From Octopus vulgaris (taxonomy: Eukaryota), in the NCBI GenBank assembly GCA_951406725.2, contig OX597825.1:37696001-37760000 (forward strand): a stretch of DNA of 64,000 nucleotides, read 5' to 3'. Within the stretch, counting starts at the first letter, position 1. The number at the start of each line of letters is the position of its first letter. The notes below the pieces were generated by a model. That model saw nothing but the letters and a program-made list of their open reading frames with translations, did no database searches and was not told the origin of the DNA. Both the position numbers and the translations under genes were made by a program. Below, piece after piece: positions 40,441-57,244 of the stretch.

Positions 40441-41950
40441 ATTTATGATTACCCTCTAGAGTATAATTATTAAAAGATCATGAGTTTAAAAATGTATGTT
40501 AGAGTCAGATTTAGACTTTCATTCTACAATATATCAACAGTATGCATGGTTTGGAAATACGTAACGCTTTCTGTGATTATGTATATAACCTGTACTCCAA
40601 TACAGAAATTTATAAATTGGTTTTTATTCATTTGATATTTTGAAATATATTTGATATCACGACTGATATTTAAAATAATTCCAACATTTGATTGTTACTA
40701 TTTCTTTAAATATATTAAGAATAAAAAGTATCAATAATAAAGAAATATGTTTGAGATGCTTCAACGAGAGCATCAGGGTCAACAAGTCGATGCAGTTAGG
40801 ATGGTACGTAGAACGCTAAAGTGAGATTATATGTATATATTAGTGTATTGTTCATTGGCTTCGATGTTGAAGATCCAAATGAAGTTCCTCTCATGAAAAT
40901 AATATATAAGGGCTCATTATACTAGAGACACGTATGCTCTTAACGCAAACATTTCGCTTAGCGTGATACACTATAACAGAGCTAAACATCTGGATTACAG
41001 CTGCAATCCAGAAAGAATGCGAGAGAAAACGATTGATCACCGTACTTGACTGCTATTTTTTTACGACCATGGAGGATGAAGGACAATGTTAACTCTGGCG
41101 AGTAGTCAATTCAGAGACGCAGAACTAATATTGCAAGATAATGTATTGGCAGTTTTCAAAATTCTAGTAATTCACCGTACTAAATATGTGTAACGTTATT
41201 GAATTAGTGGCTAATTCTTGATGTTCCTAATACTTAAATATCCTAAAATACCCGGTCATTTTTATATCAGTTAACCCAAAAGTTGCCTCATCTCACGCCC
41301 TGTGATTTTAAAACTCAGATAACACCAGTAATTCATATATTGATATTAGTGAATATTCATGATTAAGTGTATAATGATGAAGTAGCTTCCATAGTTATAA
41401 CGAATTGAATATAATACATAAAAAATGACCTACTTCATTTCGGAAACAAAAGAACCCAAAACTTTTTTTATCAATGTAATTGTTATATGTTAACAAGAAT
41501 TGGCAATCAACTTGAATTAATTTGGAGTTCGGATGAAATGTAACAGTAATATATGTTATAATTCATTTTGGCAAAGTTTACCAATTTACCTGAAGAGAAA
41601 ACAAACATATTAGACATTTAACTGTCACATGATAAAAGTTTTGATTTTTACGTTTTCTATGAATTGATGAGTTAACAAGTTCTAATTAATCGCTTTAATG
41701 AATCAAGCTGATCAAGCTCTAATGATTAATCATTGTTTTTAAATTAGTGTTTATCATAAAATGGAACCGCCAAAAGTATTTTCTTTAATTAACACTATAG
41801 ATAATGTCTGAATGTTTTAGTTGTTATAAGACTTTGTTTTTCGAAGGAAGGAAACGGCATAGTTCTTGCTTTTAACATTAACATCTCTCTCTCTCTCTCT
41901 TTCTCTCAAATATCTTTCAATTTCAGTATATGTGTGTATACATGTGTGTC

Positions 41951-41989
<39 letters not shown>

Positions 41990-43422
41990 GTGTGTGTGCG
42001 TGTATGTGTATGTGTGTATATATGCACACACACACATACATACAAACATATATATATGTATATATGTATAAATATATATATGTATGTATACATACATACA
42101 TATATATGCATATATGGATGAAAGAATTTCTGCATATTCCAGTCTGAGTTTGTGTGCGTGTATATGTAGGTATCATTGTGAATATTTCTGCGAGATTGCA
42201 TTGAAGAAACATCCGGAAATTGCCCAGGCTCAATTACTTTACATTTCTATAAATTCTCAGGATCTCAATTAAGTGGGTTGTTTAACATAACACAAAGGTA
42301 CGTTTTACCGAAAGAGGCATTATGTTGATTTCAGAATATTCCTCTATTTTTAAAGGGATTAGAAGACGTTTGATTTTAATCATTATGACGCTTACATCCT
42401 TATCAGTGAAATATTGTGGCTGTTATAATTATATGGTCTTTAATGGTATTTACTGAGTTGGCTATTTTGATAAAAAATTCCATTGGTATTTCCACTTTAA
42501 CTCAAAGGATACCAACGATAAATTTATGGACTAGAGATATTGAAAGAATAAAAATGTTATGATAGGGTTTTTATAGTATAAGTAGAGAAAAATTTCTTGA
42601 AATTAAATTCGAGAAAGTCACCAATCTGGATCAGGTGGTGCTTAAAATATTTTCAAAAGTGAACACGAAGCATTTTCTGTACCAATGAAAAGGTTAGTTT
42701 GTTACAACACATAATTGTTGCTTATTTCTTGTAAAATAACAAGGTTCTTGAAACTGGAATTATGACTCAAAGAAATATCTCCCATAATTGGATTTTCTGA
42801 AATGTAGTTGTCTTTTCTAGATATCGACTTTCTATAAAGATCTCCTCGATATTGCAAAGATTTTACATAATTTCAAAATCTGACTCTCAACTCAAGTCAG
42901 AGAGAATGTTTTTGTTTGACAATCAAAACAACTTTCAATTATTGATCAGAGGTTTATTTTTCAAGTGAAAGAATTTCATTCTGTCTGTCGATTATAAATA
43001 AAGAAGGAAAACAAAACAAAATATCGAGGTTTCTCTGACCCAGACAAAATATATAGTCAACAATGGAATCACGTGATAGCTAGATGAATTTAAAGGCACC
43101 TTCCATCAAAATATTTAATTGGGTAATTTCTGTGAAATAATAGAAAGACATACAAATAAAATAAGAAATAGATTATTCCAATTCGAATGAATAAATTCGT
43201 GCAGAGTCACAGTTACAAACGCACATACGTATGCGTGTTTATACTGTGTGTGTGTGTGTATGTGTAAACACACACACACACACAAACACATATATAAAGA
43301 CATATATGTAGCAATATCCCTAACATATATAAGTCTATGTAGGTAATATATATATATATAATACGTTTTCTGATATATAAAATACTTTTACAAATATAAA
43401 TATGTCATACATACATAAATAC

Positions 43423-43454
<32 letters not shown>

Positions 43455-43472
43455 GTATATATGTATATATAT

Positions 43473-43519
<47 letters not shown>

Positions 43520-45728
43520 AATGCATATATATATATACGTATACATATTTATTTACACATATGTATATAATGTATATATTTGTGTGTGTGTGTGTTTATA
43601 GAAATTCGATATGAATGCAAAGAAATTGTCAAAATTAAGATTTATGTTTCCTCTTAATTTATATAATCCGAGTAATGCACTATTAATATTGCCCTCTAGG
43701 CTATTTTTGATTACTCGGAATTCTTCTGAAAAAGTGTCAAGTATTTTTAAATTTGTCTTCCAGTACGTTTTACAATGTAAAACAGTATAAAAATCAATAA
43801 ATATTTTTTCGAGGAGTAAATAGAAGATGGTTTAAAGATAGGTATAATCTCAAAATAAAATGAATAAAACACAGACAAGCGTCTTAGTCCACTAACTACT
43901 TTCTCTTCGTTTGGCAAAACTTTTATATATTGCTTTTCAATAAAATATGTCGAAAAAGGAAACTCGTAAGAACTTTCTGAATTCTATAATGGTATTTAAT
44001 GTTATTGCAGCAACACACCTTTCCCGTTGTATTTGTTTACTTTGTTAATAAAGCAGTAACTCTCCTTGCTGAAGATTCCTATTCTAATAACAGAAATATC
44101 TTTAAAAATTGCAGGAGTACTAAAGTTACGCGGTACAATGAAAGTATATTCTATTGGTGAAAGATGTATGTAAAACAACAGTAGAGATAATTGGAATATT
44201 CTATGTCAAAGCTAATTGTCCATAACTAGTGTCTCATTAATACAATTATTGTAACGCCATGTTAAAAAAACCCATCTCTAAAATACGTTAGGTAACTTCA
44301 GTTATAAGTTAGTAATAAAGAGCAATACAGTCGATTGTATGTTTGTATGGGATATATCCAATGCCGTGTAATTTACTCACCCTAGTGAGTGTTTTTCTTT
44401 CAGGGTTATGATTTCAAGGAAACTTCGTTAAGGATAAACGGCATAGATATATAACATTCATGTAGAATTGATATAAAAGTGCTGGCTGTCATATCCACGA
44501 TAATATAGAGCAAAGATACACACATTGACTTAGATAATACAAACATACATATATACACACAAACACACAGACACAAACATTTATACGAATGCGCGCGTAA
44601 CTATCGTTAATATTTCAACTGTTAAATTATCGTTTCCGTTTTTCATTGGGAAATATTTTATGATCCACTATCGTTGGAGAAACGTTGCACACGCATACGT
44701 GCTTAAATACACACACATATATACTAATAGAAATGGTAATATGCTAGAGACGTTACCACACAAATTAGGTGAGATAGGCTCGAAAATTATACTACGTTAA
44801 ATTTTCATTCTCGTATATAGGTGTGTATAGCATCTGGTCAGTCTTAACGCTATTGGCGGTGTGATTTAACCCAGTGCAACGTCAAAAGTTAAACCGGTAA
44901 CCATCTCAAGTCCGTTTGCTACGGAGAGTGGTTTTCGACTCAGAAGATGCAGAACACAAAGCAAAATCGATCGATAGATGAAGAGGTCTACTGAGATAAC
45001 GTCTATCCAACGTGCGTGCAGAGAAAACCCACAGGAATCCCTGTATCTCTATCTACTGTTTGAACATCCTTCAAGGAGAATAAAAGACTAATGTAAAACG
45101 TTCGGTTTCCCGTCATAATTGAAGATCTTTCTTTGGCCTGGTACTAAGTACTAATCATAAGGACACAAAGGGCGGTACTCGTGCTACACAAGCGAAAGCT
45201 GTTAAAACACAATGACGTAAGGGTGGCTCTTTATGGCGAATTCATTTGTGATTCCCTCAATTGAAAATGTTATGGCAAAAATAGTGTCAAAGTGTGGCGT
45301 CTGAGACAATTCGCCATGACATCTATAGCAGGATTAGTCATCTGAATGTTCATGGATAAAATGCCATTGGCAAATACAGAGCGCAAATAGATGACTATCA
45401 TCTGTTAAAATAGAGCAATCAGTAAAACACAGTCACACGCACACACACATACACGCGCAAACACACACATATGTATATATGTGTGTGTATTCTAGCATTT
45501 ATATATACATATATGCACAAATATATATATATATATATATATTGCACTAACATATATATATATATGCATATATGTGTATATTATACTAATACTAGCATAT
45601 ATATATATATACATATATATATATATGTATATATGTATGTGTATCTATATATGTATATATAGACAGAGATAAAGAGAAGGAGAGAGATACATATATATAT
45701 ATACATACATACATTTTCATTCATATTG

Positions 45729-45771
<43 letters not shown>

Positions 45772-46839
45772 ACTATAGATTAAATCACATGTAATTATGT
45801 GTAACTATGATGTAAGCTTTGACATTCCTCGATAATTAATGCTTTATTTACAAAAGTAAGAGGAATTAAAACTTATTTTTAAAATTACACCTATCACATT
45901 TGTCAGTCAGAATCAAGTACACTGGATGAACATTAATATTCTATTCGAAATACAATAAGATTGCACGAAGATCCAGATCAATTCCCAATAACGTATCTCT
46001 ACTGATTTATGTGGTATAAGATGAAATAAATGCTTTTCATTAGCATCGCAGAAACTCTACTTTATTAATAGCTATAATGATGTACGAAATGAAAACAATT
46101 GCATATACATACCAAACTAAAAACTCCATTAGAGTTTTAATGACGCCTTTGCACGAGTGGAGTTAAGCTGATATAAGAAAGATTTAGCATTTACAATGCT
46201 TGCGGGCAACGCTGTCACGGTATTTCATAAAATTTGGTAAAGAAAGAATATTCATATAATTTGGTAAAGTAAAACTGGAAAGCACAGCCGGAAGAAAATA
46301 TCGCTTCACATTTCACATTTGACCTACGGCTTAGATCACGGCGAAGAAAAATTTGAAAGTCATATTTTCTCTTCTTATTACACGTAACTTTCTCCTTTTT
46401 CGCTATACTCTTCTATAGAACATAAATTCGAATATAGTACGAGAATGATGTATAAGTAGAAATATAATATGTTTCCCCGTTCAAATACGTACGGACATAA
46501 ATATAGAATATTTAAAAAGATAGCTATATGTAAGCGTATATGGAAGTTCTACTTGTATAATCTGTTCACAATATTTAACTACCTGCGAGTTTTTAAATGA
46601 TGTAGTAGCTATAAAATATTCTATATAACATGATGCACAATATAGCTTTTAGAAAGAATTTACTTTCCAATATAAATGTCCGTCCGACTCCCTGACCGCA
46701 TACATACACACACACGCGCACGAATGCACACACACACACACATATACATGTATATATATATGAATATCTATATTTATATGTGTGTGTATGTAAGTTATGT
46801 ATATATAAATATATATTTATTTGTATGTGATTGTAAGTC

Positions 46840-46885
<46 letters not shown>

Positions 46886-46889
<4 letters not shown>

Positions 46890-47905
46890 CATTGGTCTCA
46901 TGTTAAAAAGAGTTGGAAACTCCTAGTATCTTAATAATTTTTTCAAGCCGATCATCTAGAGGAAGTTGTTCGCCTCCATTGTGAAACATAGTCTCGTCTC
47001 GTCCATCGGATTTCTCAGAAATTCGCGTAAATGAACCCATGAAACAATGAATCAAGGGACGTTATTCTAGACGGAAATGATGGAGTTTGTCGTTTCGTTA
47101 ACTTTCTTAATTTCTTTTGGCAATATGTGTTTGTTTTAATCTGGGCATGTATGTTGAGGTTGTACATCATTGGGACATATTTCTTCTTTGTGTGAATTAT
47201 GTGATTTATTACCTCTTTATTGTGTGAAGTTTGTGTGCTATGTGTATTCACATTTATGAAGGAGCTACCCTGGTAGGGTTGCTTTCATTCATAGCTATCC
47301 TCGTTTATAGGGAGTCCTCTTTAACATATATGTGTATAAAATATTGTTTATATATGAGGGAGAGTAGGTTTCATCCTTAAATTTTAAGATGTTTGTTGAT
47401 TGTATAATAATTAATTTTTCAGTAATACAGAGGTTACATTCGGTAACCGTCCACTGTATTTTTTGGCTTTAACAATAATATTTCATTTTATTTTGGAGTT
47501 GCTTATTCTACCGTCTTTCAATATCCATACTATATTTGTTAGGGATGTTGGCATACATTTTTCTTTCTGTTTGCAAGTGAGGCAAGATTTTTCGGATTCC
47601 TTTCCTTGAAGGAGTCTCCTGTTATTTCGATATACGTGTTTGGTATTCATTTGGTGTCTGTGATGTTTCTTGAGAAAGTTGGTGTTTAGAGGGAAGAGGT
47701 TTGGTGATCTGAAGTTGCACTGGCTTTGTGTGACATTTCTGGTGTGTTTACAATTTTTGAGATTAAATATTTCTGACCTACATTGGGAAGACGAATATAG
47801 CTGACGTTAACAGTTTTTAAGTTGAAGATTTTGTGTTATTTGTGTCAGTGTTTGAAGTGGATGTCTATTAGATTTAAGAATTTCCTAGTATGTTACTAGC
47901 TATAT
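46886..47905 (-). mobile_element. Decayed Naiad-type PLE (linker + GIY-YIG + 3' region), between (TA)n arrays
   Basis: RKFLNLIDIHF..HKIFNLKTVNVSY..LPN, CNFR..PLN, TYIEITGDSFKER, TSLTNIVWILK, ECNLCITEKLII; contains stops and frameshifts. Confidence 0.75.
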
Positions 47906-47914
47906 TCATGCTAT

Positions 47915-47974
<60 letters not shown>

Positions 47975-48399
47975 CATACATATACATACAAATAAGCATT
48001 TTTAGCAAATGAATATAATTTATCTGCCAAGGCTAGACTCGTCAGCAAGCAGCCTTTGTAATCCGAGAAGTACATATCATTAGAAGCACGTTCAATTGTT
48101 TTATAAACCTAACAGCGTGGTGTTACGTAAATAAACGGCGTAAATTAACGAAGGTATAAACCTGACGTAAATACACGAAATCGACGTACTTTCACTTCTG
48201 ACAGATAACAGCATGACAGTCTGGGTCAACAGTTCGTTTCCTCGGAGGATATGGAAATTCCTATTACCCGTCAGGGAAATAACTACAGCATCTCACAACT
48301 ATTTCAACAAAGACAAGGTTACCTGCTTACCAGTCGAATTCAGCGTCAACGCTCACGTATGAGAGAGACTCCAACACACACACACACACACATATACAT

Positions 48400-48434
<35 letters not shown>

Positions 48435-48442
<8 letters not shown>

Positions 48443-48705
48443 GTGTGCATTATGTGGTAGGTCGGTTCAGCTGAAAATATGCACACCTATGTTAAAAGTG
48501 CTGGCAAGTTTGCATGGCAACTATTTTTTTCCTCAAATGAAACGCGTTACTTCTAGGACAAAATTCCTCATCTTATAAAATGTGGCCCCAGTACACCCGA
48601 ATGAAATCGGGTTATATTAACCAAAATGTGAAAAGGGGTCTAAATGGGGCTGGAAAGGGATTAAAATTTAAAGGAGAGGGTGTTTATGAATTCTCTGTTA
48701 CATCA
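48435..48705 (+). repeat. Partial (5') copy of the element at 49232
   Basis: Near-identical to 49232-49500. Confidence 0.85.
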
Positions 48706-49009
48706 ATGCGTTCATTTATATATGTGTGTGCGTGTGTGTTCTATATATAAATACGTATATATAATGTATATATACAAAGTGTATATATCTGTATTTATGT
48801 CTATTAAACTTTTTAATACTTTTTGATAGTTATATATATTTTTAAACAAATTATAAATAGGATTTAATTTTTTTTTAAATTTAAATAATTTACATTTTTC
48901 AATTTTATAATTTATATATTTTCTATATTATATTTTTATTTTTATGTTTTTGTTTTTGGTTTTTCACTGTTTGATTTGCCTATTAGTGATTTTATCTCTA
49001 ATTTAATTT

Positions 49010-49058
<49 letters not shown>

Positions 49059-49078
49059 TTTGTATATATAATGCGTGT

Positions 49079-49189
<111 letters not shown>

Positions 49190-49197
49190 GTGTGCAT

Positions 49198-50526
<1,329 letters not shown>

Positions 50527-50716
50527 ATATATATATACATAAATATATATATACATATACATATATAGATTAAATAATAAGAAGCACCCGCGCACAAAGG
50601 CACACACGCACAAAGGCACACACATACCTTCGTGCAGACGGGTTATCTTTTAAATAAATAATTAAATTTAAATAAATAATTTTCATTCATACATTAGATG
50701 CTCACTTTATATATAT

Positions 50717-50792
<76 letters not shown>

Positions 50793-51441
50793 ATATATGC
50801 ATATATATATATATATGTATATATACATACATACATACGTATATATACATATGTATATACTCATATATATATACATATATATGAATATATATATATATTT
50901 ATTTATTTAAATGTATATATAAAGAATAAGTAAATTTCTATACGTTAGTTTGCATTTGATATCAAAACATTGATGCATTCAATGCAAGAGTTGGCAAAGA
51001 ATAGTCTGTTTTGTTCAAAGTGTAATAATACGGTGTAGCTTGAAGCAATATAAAAAAGTAACATATAAAACCAGTGGTTTGATAATACTTGGTGCCATTT
51101 TAATTGAAAAGTTGCGCTCAGAAAAGCGTTGATTATAGATTTATAGAAGTGATGTATGTCGTATAGTATTTAGAAAAAAGAAAGAAAAGAAAATATGAAA
51201 AAGAACCCAGTACACTATCAGATAAAGGAAACAAAGAAAAGAAGTTCTAATAAGATAAGTAAAGAAAATTACAAGAGCAACAAGACAAAAGGTAATTAAA
51301 TAATACACGAGAAAGTTCTTGTAATTACAGCTAACACCCATGTAAAATATATTTGATCTCTCGGAGGTACTTACTATACAGACAAGAGTATATATGTACG
51401 TACACACATATAATTATACATCTACATGTATATATACCTAC

Positions 51442-51473
<32 letters not shown>

Positions 51474-52829
51474 ATATATTTATATTTCTCTAGATGTATA
51501 TAAGTGCTTGTATACAACCATTCATGCGGATAAATACATATGCCTGTGAAGGTTTTATCACTGAATTATCTATGCAATATGTTTACACATGAATACGCAG
51601 AGACGAAGAGAAATGCTCACATTTACACGACCAGTGAAAGAGAGACACATAACTGTAAAACGCGCGTGCGGTAATGAAGCATGCACACATATGAACATAT
51701 ACGGATTTACGTAATTATATGTGAGATTATAAATCTACAAACACAAATACACATGCATATATTTATGATTATGTGTGTATGTATGTATTCATATACAATA
51801 TATGTGCATTTATTGATACGCATTGTTGTCTGCTTGCGTATGCGTGCGCGTGTGGGGGAGTTTGCGTTAGCGTATGTGTGTGTGCGTGGGGGGAGGGGGC
51901 AATGCCATTTCTCTTCTATAAATATTGGCCAATTTATCTTGATTACAAAATTCGTAAATTCTCGATAGATATCTAATAATATGTAATAGGAAATCTACCC
52001 ATCTACGAACGAGGCATTAGATGAGGGAAGGAAGTCGTAACCGCATTATTTATTGAAGAATGTGTAAATGGATTATTGGGTGATGTCTTATAGAAATCAC
52101 ATTACTACTGGTGATAGAGCATTCTATTGCAGATATATATGTGTTTGCGACTGACATGTGATGACGATTCACTCCCGATCTGAAATAGGCTGTCAGCCTC
52201 TGTATCATGAATAGTGAATAGTTATGTGGACCACTCCTAACGAAAACCAGAACTCCCTTCGACCGCTGCATAAAAAGTATTAAGAAAAGGATGTTATTTA
52301 GATATACTTTTATTTTAGCTCTTTACACTATTTTACTCTTATTTATACTCTTATACATTCAAGCTTCACAAATTTCCCGATTTAAATTATGAATCATATT
52401 CCTTTCGATAATATCAATATGATTACAAAACTTCTTTGTAGATGATACTTTTGTTTGGGCGACACTAATTTTCAAAATACTGGAGTCCGTTGCTCTTCTC
52501 ATAGCGACATACGTAAACATCAGAATGGTCAAAAATACACCTATGCAATCTTAAGTCTAGCCTTGTGCCTTGTTAGCTGTGAATGCCCGCGCGAAATTTT
52601 TAGGTTTGCAAAAAATCAAACTAAGACTTACCTCTCACTGTTCTATGCGACTAATATCTGGATATTCTGGTATCATGGGTTATTTTGATTGACAAAACTG
52701 AGATGTAAACACCATCCGCTTCGATTAGCTGTTTCGAATCCTGCTTAATACTGACACACGTCAATATCTACTAAAGAATCACACACGCTATATAGTGACA
52801 CACACTTTTCCATATTATTTTTCGCTATT

Positions 52830-53123
52830 AACCGTCCTCGCGACCCTCTTCGTATCTACGATGGGGCTACGAACTATGCAATGCACATCCAGAGTTACTC
52901 GTGGTCATTGAATGTTTAATAGAAATGCGAAGGTGGTTTATATATTCGAAAATCGATATCCACGAAATAATCGTACTTTCCGGTTTTTTAATGCTTAAAA
53001 ACCTTCTTAATGACCGTCTTTGTAATCTCGAAATATATCGTGATCATTGGTCCAGCCGTCCGGACGTGAAGAGGGAACAAACAAACGGACAGACAGACGG
53101 ACGGAACTCCCATTATAATAAGA
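52830..53123 (-). mobile_element. Helitron/HINE-like 5' end
   Basis: Minus strand A|TCTTATTATAATGGGAG followed by (CCGT/CTGT/TTGT)n tetramers, typical of DINE/Lep1-like elements; left boundary uncertain. Confidence 0.5.
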
Positions 53124-53311
53124 TAGCAAATATTCCCATCTACGATGGGAAATAAAAGGATAGTATCGCAAATCTAAACACTCCAAATTCACTAACTATA
53201 CGGGGGGGGGGAGAATCCAGAATATATATTTACACAAAAAGATCAAAGGTGATTTATTAATACACAAACACACACACACACACATAAACACACACACATA
53301 CACACACACAT

Positions 53312-53368
<57 letters not shown>

Positions 53369-53369
53369 A

Positions 53370-53540
53370 CCTTCGTAACGCGGTGTAGACGAAACAGGGA
53401 CAACTGAAGAAGGAGAATATTCCTTGTGTTGTATGTCTTGTACCCTGTTTTGTTTCGTTTTTCGTTGTTTAAAAAAAGTTCGTTTCTATGTTTTTGTTTC
53501 TCATTGTGTTCCACGTTTTTCTTTATGTCCTGTACCCATA
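53370..53540 (+). mobile_element. Short PLE-terminus-like insert between (TA)n arrays, with a partial HHR motif
   Basis: ACAGGGACAA-CTGAAGA-AGGAGAATATTCCT-...GTC-TTGTACCCTGT: stems I and II present, GAAA absent. Confidence 0.4.
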
Positions 53541-53592
53541 TATGCATGTATATACATATATATGTAGGTATGTACATATATGTATGGATTTA

Positions 53593-53654
<62 letters not shown>

Positions 53655-53687
53655 TAGATAGATAGATAGATAGATATATAGATAGAT

Positions 53688-53771
<84 letters not shown>

Positions 53772-53779
53772 TATGTGTA

Positions 53780-55045
53780 CCTTTCAATGTGTACAAATAA
53801 CACGGAAAAAATACCAGGATAGCAAAAATTCACACAAGTGCCAAGCATATTACAGCCTACTTATAAAGGTAGAAATTTCAGGGTTAAGTGAGATGTTTTT
53901 GTATAGAATAGATAAATTAAGAATGGGAGTCAAACGCAGGTGTTATTCAAGGTTACATTCCTTTAGAGACTAAATTAATTTACTAAGCCCAGTATTGTTG
54001 CATTTATTCATATGTCTAAATGTAGATATAATGGTTGGATATTCTTTTCGACAAATGGACGAAGAACTACCTTTGTAAAAAAAGACATCAGAACCGGAAG
54101 TAATTTTACATTGATAAACAGTCTTTAGTCTTAGAATTACTGCTCAGGAAACGAATACGATTCGAATTTATATCAGAAATATTAATATTGTTGTTATTAT
54201 TGTCCAAAGAATGGTTAGCGTTAATAATATCAATATTATTATTTTCATTAAGAGGATTTGTATTTCAATACTAATTGTTATGCGAAGAAATGATTTGTGA
54301 AAGGTTTCTGGTGTTTGAAAACCCAGTTTTGTTTGGTATGAATTGATAATGGAATGGTATCTTGAATTTTTGGGGAGATTCTTATCTATAGCTTCACAAA
54401 ACTGGTAAGGAAGGTTGGATTTGATTTGCTTACCATATGGAATTACCAACTAAACAGTTTTGTTAGGACACACATTGTTATTAGGGTAATTATCTTTAAA
54501 AGTCCTAGATTTATTTTTATTACGCACAAAGTGACATAATGAACGGACATCTCCCTTACATTGCAAAATTAATTTTTTTAATTTAGTATTGTCATTCGAA
54601 CTAAAATTTATATTGTTATTACCGTTATGGCGTATTTTCATGTCCTGATTAATAGAGGTAGAATTTAGGGTCAATATAGGTAATATTTTTTTATAGCCTG
54701 TTTTAAGTAAGGCAGAGTTATAAAATTCTGAGAAATCAGATTATATATGTTTCCAACACTATCTGTGGTCGTTGGTTTGGAGCCAAATGAAACAATGAAA
54801 CCTACTGAAAGAGAAACCGAAGCAGTTAAAACCAACTCAAGATGATTTTGACTCAAACATCGCTACCGAAAATCGTTTGCAGGCAAATCCTAATTGGGGT
54901 CTAGTTGCGTATTGGTCATGAGAAGAGAATAGTTTAAGAGTTGATTTTCTAGTGACTTTGACGTATCTAATGAAGAAGCAGAAGTGTTCCAAACAATGTT
55001 ATAGCATGAGTTTTCAACATATTTAAATAGCTCCTACTGATTTCC
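53780..55045 (-). mobile_element. Decayed Naiad-type PLE
   Basis: VIPYGKQIKSNL..FCEAIDKNLPKNSRYHSIIN..TKLGF (linker) and TVYQCKITSGSDVFFYKG...STFRH.NK.NNTGLSKLI*SLK (GIY-YIG). Confidence 0.7.
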
Positions 55046-55558
55046 TTGTGTTGGAGAAAAACATGTATATGTATGTCACGTTTTACATTTTATCTATCTA
55101 TCTATCCCTCTATCTCTCTATCTCTCAATCTATCTATCTATCTCTATGACTATATATATATGTATGCATATATATATAAATATAAATATCTATTTATATA
55201 TATATACACATACATCCATCTATATATACATATATGTTTATATACATACATATATACGTGCATACATGCATACAAATACATATCGTTTGAAGTGATACTG
55301 TGTTGAGATTATATGAGAAATAGGAAAACTAATTAGTTGAGCGCGAAGAGAACCGTAATTAAAATCCTATACATATATTCACAGACATTTATATCGTAAT
55401 TATTACCCTACTCTCTCCCTCTCTTTCCTTCTCCCCTATGTCTAATTCACTCTCTCGCTTCCCGCTGCATTAAATACAAAAGTAAAAAAGCATATATTCT
55501 CATATACTGATGTAGTAACAGGCATACATACAGCCACACATACAAATGTACTAATCTT

Positions 55559-55593
<35 letters not shown>

Positions 55594-56596
55594 ATTTCAG
55601 TACATATACTTACATATATAAACGTACATATGCATACACGTACACAGATATATTTGTACAAGAACCACATAAAAGACAGAGTGATAAAACAAAACGATGT
55701 TTCACTGAAGAGAACACGTTATACTAAAACCGCTTATAATGATAGCCTTTCATTTTATCTTCTGAAATCATAGATAATTATGTCTTAAGTGTAATCTCTT
55801 ATGACGAAGAATCACACCAATATGATTATTAGCAATCCTGTTCTAATTTAAACAACTTCGATTCCCCCTCTTCCATTTTCTTTGAATCAAGTGCAATGAC
55901 TGTGTTTTCGATACAAAAAGTAGGTACAAAGTATGAACAACAATCAAGTTATGCATTTTTTTGCGGAGAAATTCTTTAATATAATTGCTTGTGTTGTGCG
56001 GGGTATTTTATTTTTATATTTTATCTTGTAACAAATGTCAAGCAGTGGTAACAGCAGCAGTATAGGCACTACTATTGCTGTTACTGTCGCTGATGAGAAT
56101 GATGATAATTGTGGCAGTGTAGGCAATGATGATGTGTGTAATAATTACGATAATGATGGTTCCCCTTATATGAATAAAGATTGCTATACAATTGCACTTG
56201 ATGTTAAGACACCCATTAATTCAATGTTATTTTTCTTGACACTCCTGTTCTCGTAAAATCTCAAAAAATATACACGGTGACACGGTGCAGATCATTAACA
56301 ACATTATCTTGCAAAGTGTTTACGTCAGTACTGCACCGATTCTGCCAAGCCCCGGATCTCAGTATTAACAATTATTTACAACTGGCTTAATTGATGTCAC
56401 ATATTTCGAAGTGAGCGAAATATATTAAATTTACTCTAGATCTTGTGTGATAGTTAATTTGAACTACGTAGAAGTATGGTATGCAAAATTGATCAATGCG
56501 TTATTTCATTTAAAAATACAGCAGTATATAAAAACCAGCAAATACCTACCAATCTAGGAATTTTATTATCCATCACTCTTATAAGTATATATATAT

Positions 56597-57140
56597 ATAT
56601 ATAGGCAAATTTGTTGTAGAAAATGCACCAAAATTTGAAAAAACTTGCGATTGTTTCAAATAAATTTAATTACATATATACCAAATTAGTTTCAACAATG
56701 TTCATATTTAGAGAAATTGTAAACCAGATCCATTTTTTACTATCTTGACTTTTCCCTTGTTTTTTCTTCGTCTTAACTCAGTATGACTGAAACTTCGATG
56801 ATATTTATTTCTAGTCTATTACTACTAACACTAATGAACTTTGTGCATTTAAACAAGTTGATGCACAGTTATAATATAATTGACTGCAATGAACATTTAA
56901 ACTTCTCAACATTAAAACTTTAAAACATATTTTTCTAACCCCTATTTCTAAATTTGTTTGTTATGAACATTTAAACTTGTCAACATTGAAAAATTTAAAC
57001 ATGTTTTTCTAAATTTTTACCACTGATAAACAAAAAGAAATATTGTTGAAAGTAGTTTGGTATATATGTAAATGAATTTACTTTAAACAATTACAAGTTT
57101 TCAAATTTAAGTGCATTTCAACAACAAATATGTCTATATA
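56597..57140. mobile_element. MITE-like element with about 105-bp diverged terminal inverted repeats
   Basis: 56597-56700 matches the reverse complement of 57040-57140; internal about 50-bp tandem duplication (56889-56938 / 56963-57012); TA flanks. Confidence 0.7.
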
Positions 57141-57196
57141 TTTTTCCCTGCGTGGAAATACAAACCCCATTTTTGTTTTATATATATATATATATG

Positions 57197-57240
<44 letters not shown>

Positions 57241-57244
<4 letters not shown>

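Noticed and set aside
47250-47330. GAAA-stem-UC hairpin in the Naiad 3' region as an HHR or SECIS
   Set aside because: The CUGANGA box is not preserved and there is no SECIS quartet geometry.
48005-48052. Minus-strand CTGACGA + hairpin
   Set aside because: G of GAAA is missing and there is no stem I complement.
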